The notes under the pieces are model-generated. The model was given only the letters and a program-made list of their open reading frames with translations. It ran no database searches and was not told where the DNA came from. Shown one piece after another: positions 7,846 to 10,011 of a stretch of DNA of 10,011 nucleotides (its first letter is position 1; the number at the start of each line of letters is the position of its first letter). Location of the stretch: NCBI GenBank assembly GCA_004524535.1, contig SDNY01000130.1, positions 1 to 10,011 of the forward strand. The letters run 5' to 3'. The position numbers were made by a program, and so were the translations under genes. This DNA comes from Promethearchaeota archaeon. GTDB taxonomy: Archaea > Asgardarchaeota > Lokiarchaeia > Sigyniarchaeales > SOKP01.

Positions 7846-9066
7846 TTATTTTAGATAATTCAACGCAGTAAGGGCAAATATTTTAGTTGTATTTATTAAA
7901 TCTTCAATATATACAAATTCATCTTCAGCATGCACATTATTATCATCTTGAGAAGCTCCTATTAATATAGTCTCAATTCCTCTTTCCTGAAACCAATGGG
8001 CATCTGTTGAGGGCATAAATAATTTAAATTCTCTCTCTTGATTGAATACTACTTCTGTTGATTTTTTCACAGCTATGGCAAAATCGGAATTTTCATCAAT
8101 AATTTGTGGTTCTAATGAAATGGGAATTTGAACTATGATATCTAAATCTGGGTCTTGTTTTTTCAATTCTTCCACATAATTCAAGATTCTTGTTTTTATA
8201 CTTTCAATATCTTGTTCAGGAATAGTATTAATACTACAATGTAATAAACACTTATTAGGGACTGTAGTTATTTTATTTCCTCCATCTATTTGTGCTAAAT
8301 TTACACTACTAACTTTAGCAGTCGAGCCTTTTGGTACCGCATATTTAGTCTCTTTTCTCAGAAATTCCTCCTTTAATTTCAATAAGAAGTTTATAATTTT
8401 AACCATTTTTTCGATAGCATTTATTCCTGAAGATTTACTACGATAAGGAGCTGGTAAGTCTGGGTATCCCAATCCATGAGCTTGTTTTCCATAAGTTATA
8501 AATGTTATATACATTGTCCCACCACAATATCCAAAAGGATAATTACATGGAGCATCCCCTAATAAGCATGCATCCCCTCTTAGAAGTCCCTTATTTAATA
8601 ATAAATCAGCCCCTCTTAATCCACCAGTTTCCTCATCAATAACCGCAGTAAGGATTAATTTTCCATTAAGTTTAATGCCTGCTTCAAGTAATGCTTTAGT
8701 AGCAAAAATCTCTGCTGTTACACTAGATTTATCATCAGAAGAACCACGACCATAGATTTTTCCATTAATTATTTTTCCTCCAAATGGATCTTCTGACCAT
8801 CCTTTAAATGCCTCAACCGTATCTAAATGACCATATAAAATTAGAGATTTATCATCTCCTTCTCCTATTTCCCCTACCACATTGTTTCTTTTAACTTGAG
8901 TTTTTAATCCTAATTCTTTAAAAGCTTTCTCTGTAAATTTACATACCTCCTTGTATTTTCCTGGAGGATTCTCAGAAGGAATCTGTACAATTTGTTGATG
9001 AAATTTTACAATCTCATCCTTCATATTGTCAATTTTATCTAAAATCTTTTTTTCTATCTCTTCCAA
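7846..9066 (-). CDS. M20 family metallohydrolase (ArgE/DapE-like)
   Basis: Motifs YGHLDTV, GRGSSDDKS, DEETGG, GKQAH, NAIEKM, TDAHWF and VHAEDE. TTG start. The substrate cannot be determined from sequence. Confidence 0.92.
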   Translation of the reverse strand: MEEIEKKILDKIDNMKDEIVKFHQQIVQIPSENPPGKYKEVCKFTEKAFKELGLKTQVKRNNVVGEIGEGDDKSLILYGHLDTVEAFKGWSEDPFGGKIINGKIYGRGSSDDKSSVTAEIFATKALLEAGIKLNGKLILTAVIDEETGGLRGADLLLNKGLLRGDACLLGDAPCNYPFGYCGGTMYITFITYGKQAHGLGYPDLPAPYRSKSSGINAIEKMVKIINFLLKLKEEFLRKETKYAVPKGSTAKVSSVNLAQIDGGNKITTVPNKCLLHCSINTIPEQDIESIKTRILNYVEELKKQDPDLDIIVQIPISLEPQIIDENSDFAIAVKKSTEVVFNQEREFKLFMPSTDAHWFQERGIETILIGASQDDNNVHAEDEFVYIEDLINTTKIFALTALNYLK

Positions 9067-9236
9067 AAAAATTACCTTTTTTACTATATGATTAATTTAA
9101 TCTCTGAATATATTAAAATCATTATCGAATTAATTTTTTCTATATCAGATAAAAGCTTTTAATAAACTAGAATCTTATCATTTATTATCATTTAAAATAA
9201 ATGATAAAAAAAATTAAAAAGATAGGTTGATAAGTA

Positions 9237-9697
9237 ATGGTTGACATGAAACTAGCGTCAGAAGTTAAAGGACTTAGAGATAAGGGTTTTGGTGATGACC
9301 CAAAATTAGTTCTCAAAATTTTTGAACTTATGAAGCAAGCATCAGCAGAGATTGATGACTTGCAGGAAGAATTAGAAGATATTGATGAATTTGTTGGACA
9401 AATGGTGGTTGAAGACAAAGATTTTAAGTGGTGGGTGAAAATAGGAGACGGTACTTTTGACTATGGCGAGGGTGAATCATCAGATCCATCTTTCACTATG
9501 TCAGGAAATTGGGAGACAATGGGTGGCCTTATGTCAGGCGAAATGATCAACTAAGTTGTTCACGCCAAATAGATGGCACGAGCGCCTATATGTCCGGAGA
9601 CCTAAAGATCGAAGGTAACCTTCAAGATACTATGGCTTACGGGGAATACCTTGCGTTTGCAGCGGAGACAATGGCAGAGATGGATCCTGACAAATAA
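9237..9697 (+). CDS. SCP2 sterol/lipid-binding domain protein, interrupted; predicted join(9237..9542,9569..9697), 144 aa
   Basis: The first part (KWWVKIGDGTFDYGEGESSDPSFTMSGNWETMGGLMSGE) and the second part in another frame (IDGTSAYMSGDLKIEGNL) together give the SCP2 signature ...GE-xD-xx-AYMSGxLKIEG. They are separated by a 26-nt insert containing a stop codon. Confidence 0.88.
9543..9568 (+). other. Candidate 26-nt bulge-helix-bulge (tRNA-type) intron in an mRNA
   Basis: GGCG (9537-40) pairs with CGCC (9563-66), and each strand is followed by a 3-nt AAA bulge (9541-43 and 9567-69). The inner hairpin is TGATCAAC-TAA-GTTGTTCA. Cutting AA^A in both bulges yields GGC GAA ATA GAT (G-E-I-D) in frame. 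Confidence 0.78.
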
Positions 9698-9706
9698 TCA
9701 AATAAT

Positions 9707-9757
9707 AAAAATAATTATTTTTTTTTTCTTGGTTTTTTATTTCTCTTCTTTTTTTTT
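9707..9757 (+). terminator. Probable archaeal oligo-T terminator region of the SCP2 gene
   Basis: A T10 run (9718-9727) and further T tracts up to 9757 begin about 20 nt after the stop at 9697. That stop belongs to the spliced frame, not the premature stop at 9554. Confidence 0.55.
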
Positions 9758-10011
9758 AGAAGAAAGGAAATTATTGGAATATTTCATTAATCGTTTCTAA
9801 AGATTAAAAAATTAAATTTCTTAGATAAGATGTAGCAAAATATAAAGATGATTTATTAAAATAAACAGTATCAAAGGAAGTTAATCTCTAAATCCTATTG
9901 AACTGAGACTTTTTATATTAAAAATTGATTCGAGTTTTAGAATATTTAAAATTATTTTCCCTTTTTCATTTAATTTAGACTAATTTCGTAAGTTTTATAA
10001 GAGAAAAGTGA

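Noticed and set aside
9541-9570. Insert as a transposon footprint with an AAAT target-site duplication, or as an assembly artefact
   Set aside because: AAAT does flank both sides, which makes the excision register ambiguous from 9541-9566 to 9545-9570. However, the insert's CGCC pairs with exonic GGCG in exact BHB geometry, both exons are intact, and no transposase is present. This explanation is disfavoured but not formally excluded.
9497-9600. Three similar TATGTC(A/C)GG motifs in the SCP2 gene
   Set aside because: They are explained by three Met-Ser-Gly tripeptides in the protein and do not form a repeat array.
9509-9697. 62-aa ORF as an independent gene, with SCP2 as two genes or a simple one-base frameshift
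   Set aside because: Its first 20 residues are off-frame or intron sequence, and SCP2 similarity starts at I21 (9569). A one-base slip would leave about 9 extra residues in the conserved GE-xD motif, whereas the 26-nt excision is seamless.
9707-9722. 16-bp palindrome AAAAATAATTATTTTT
   Set aside because: It is low-complexity A/T sequence overlapping the terminator tract, which is expected at this composition.
9760-10011. RNA gene, CRISPR array or ORF in the final intergenic stretch
   Set aside because: It is very AT-rich, with no stable structure, regular repeats or supportable reading frame seen.

Overview
This is an AT-rich archaeal-type window. An Asgard (Lokiarchaeia-like) origin is inferred from the Rab/Ras-like GTPase, the Cys-rich orphans, the SCP2 variant and a GGTGA ribosome-binding site. 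It contains: a truncated Cys-rich ORF on the minus strand (missing from the ORF track), a hypothetical gene, a small GTPase, a protein with two tandem CxxC...H...HC domains, purD, a HEAT-repeat protein, an acyltransferase-3 membrane protein, an EhaR/COG4030-like HAD hydrolase, a Cys-rich membrane protein, an M20 (ArgE/DapE-like) metallohydrolase, and an SCP2 lipid-binding gene. The main observation is that the SCP2 gene is interrupted by a 26-nt insert (9543-9568) that folds into an archaeal bulge-helix-bulge (BHB) splicing motif. Cutting at the canonical tRNA-endonuclease positions exactly restores a 144-aa SCP2 reading frame. This makes it a candidate tRNA-type intron in a protein-coding mRNA.
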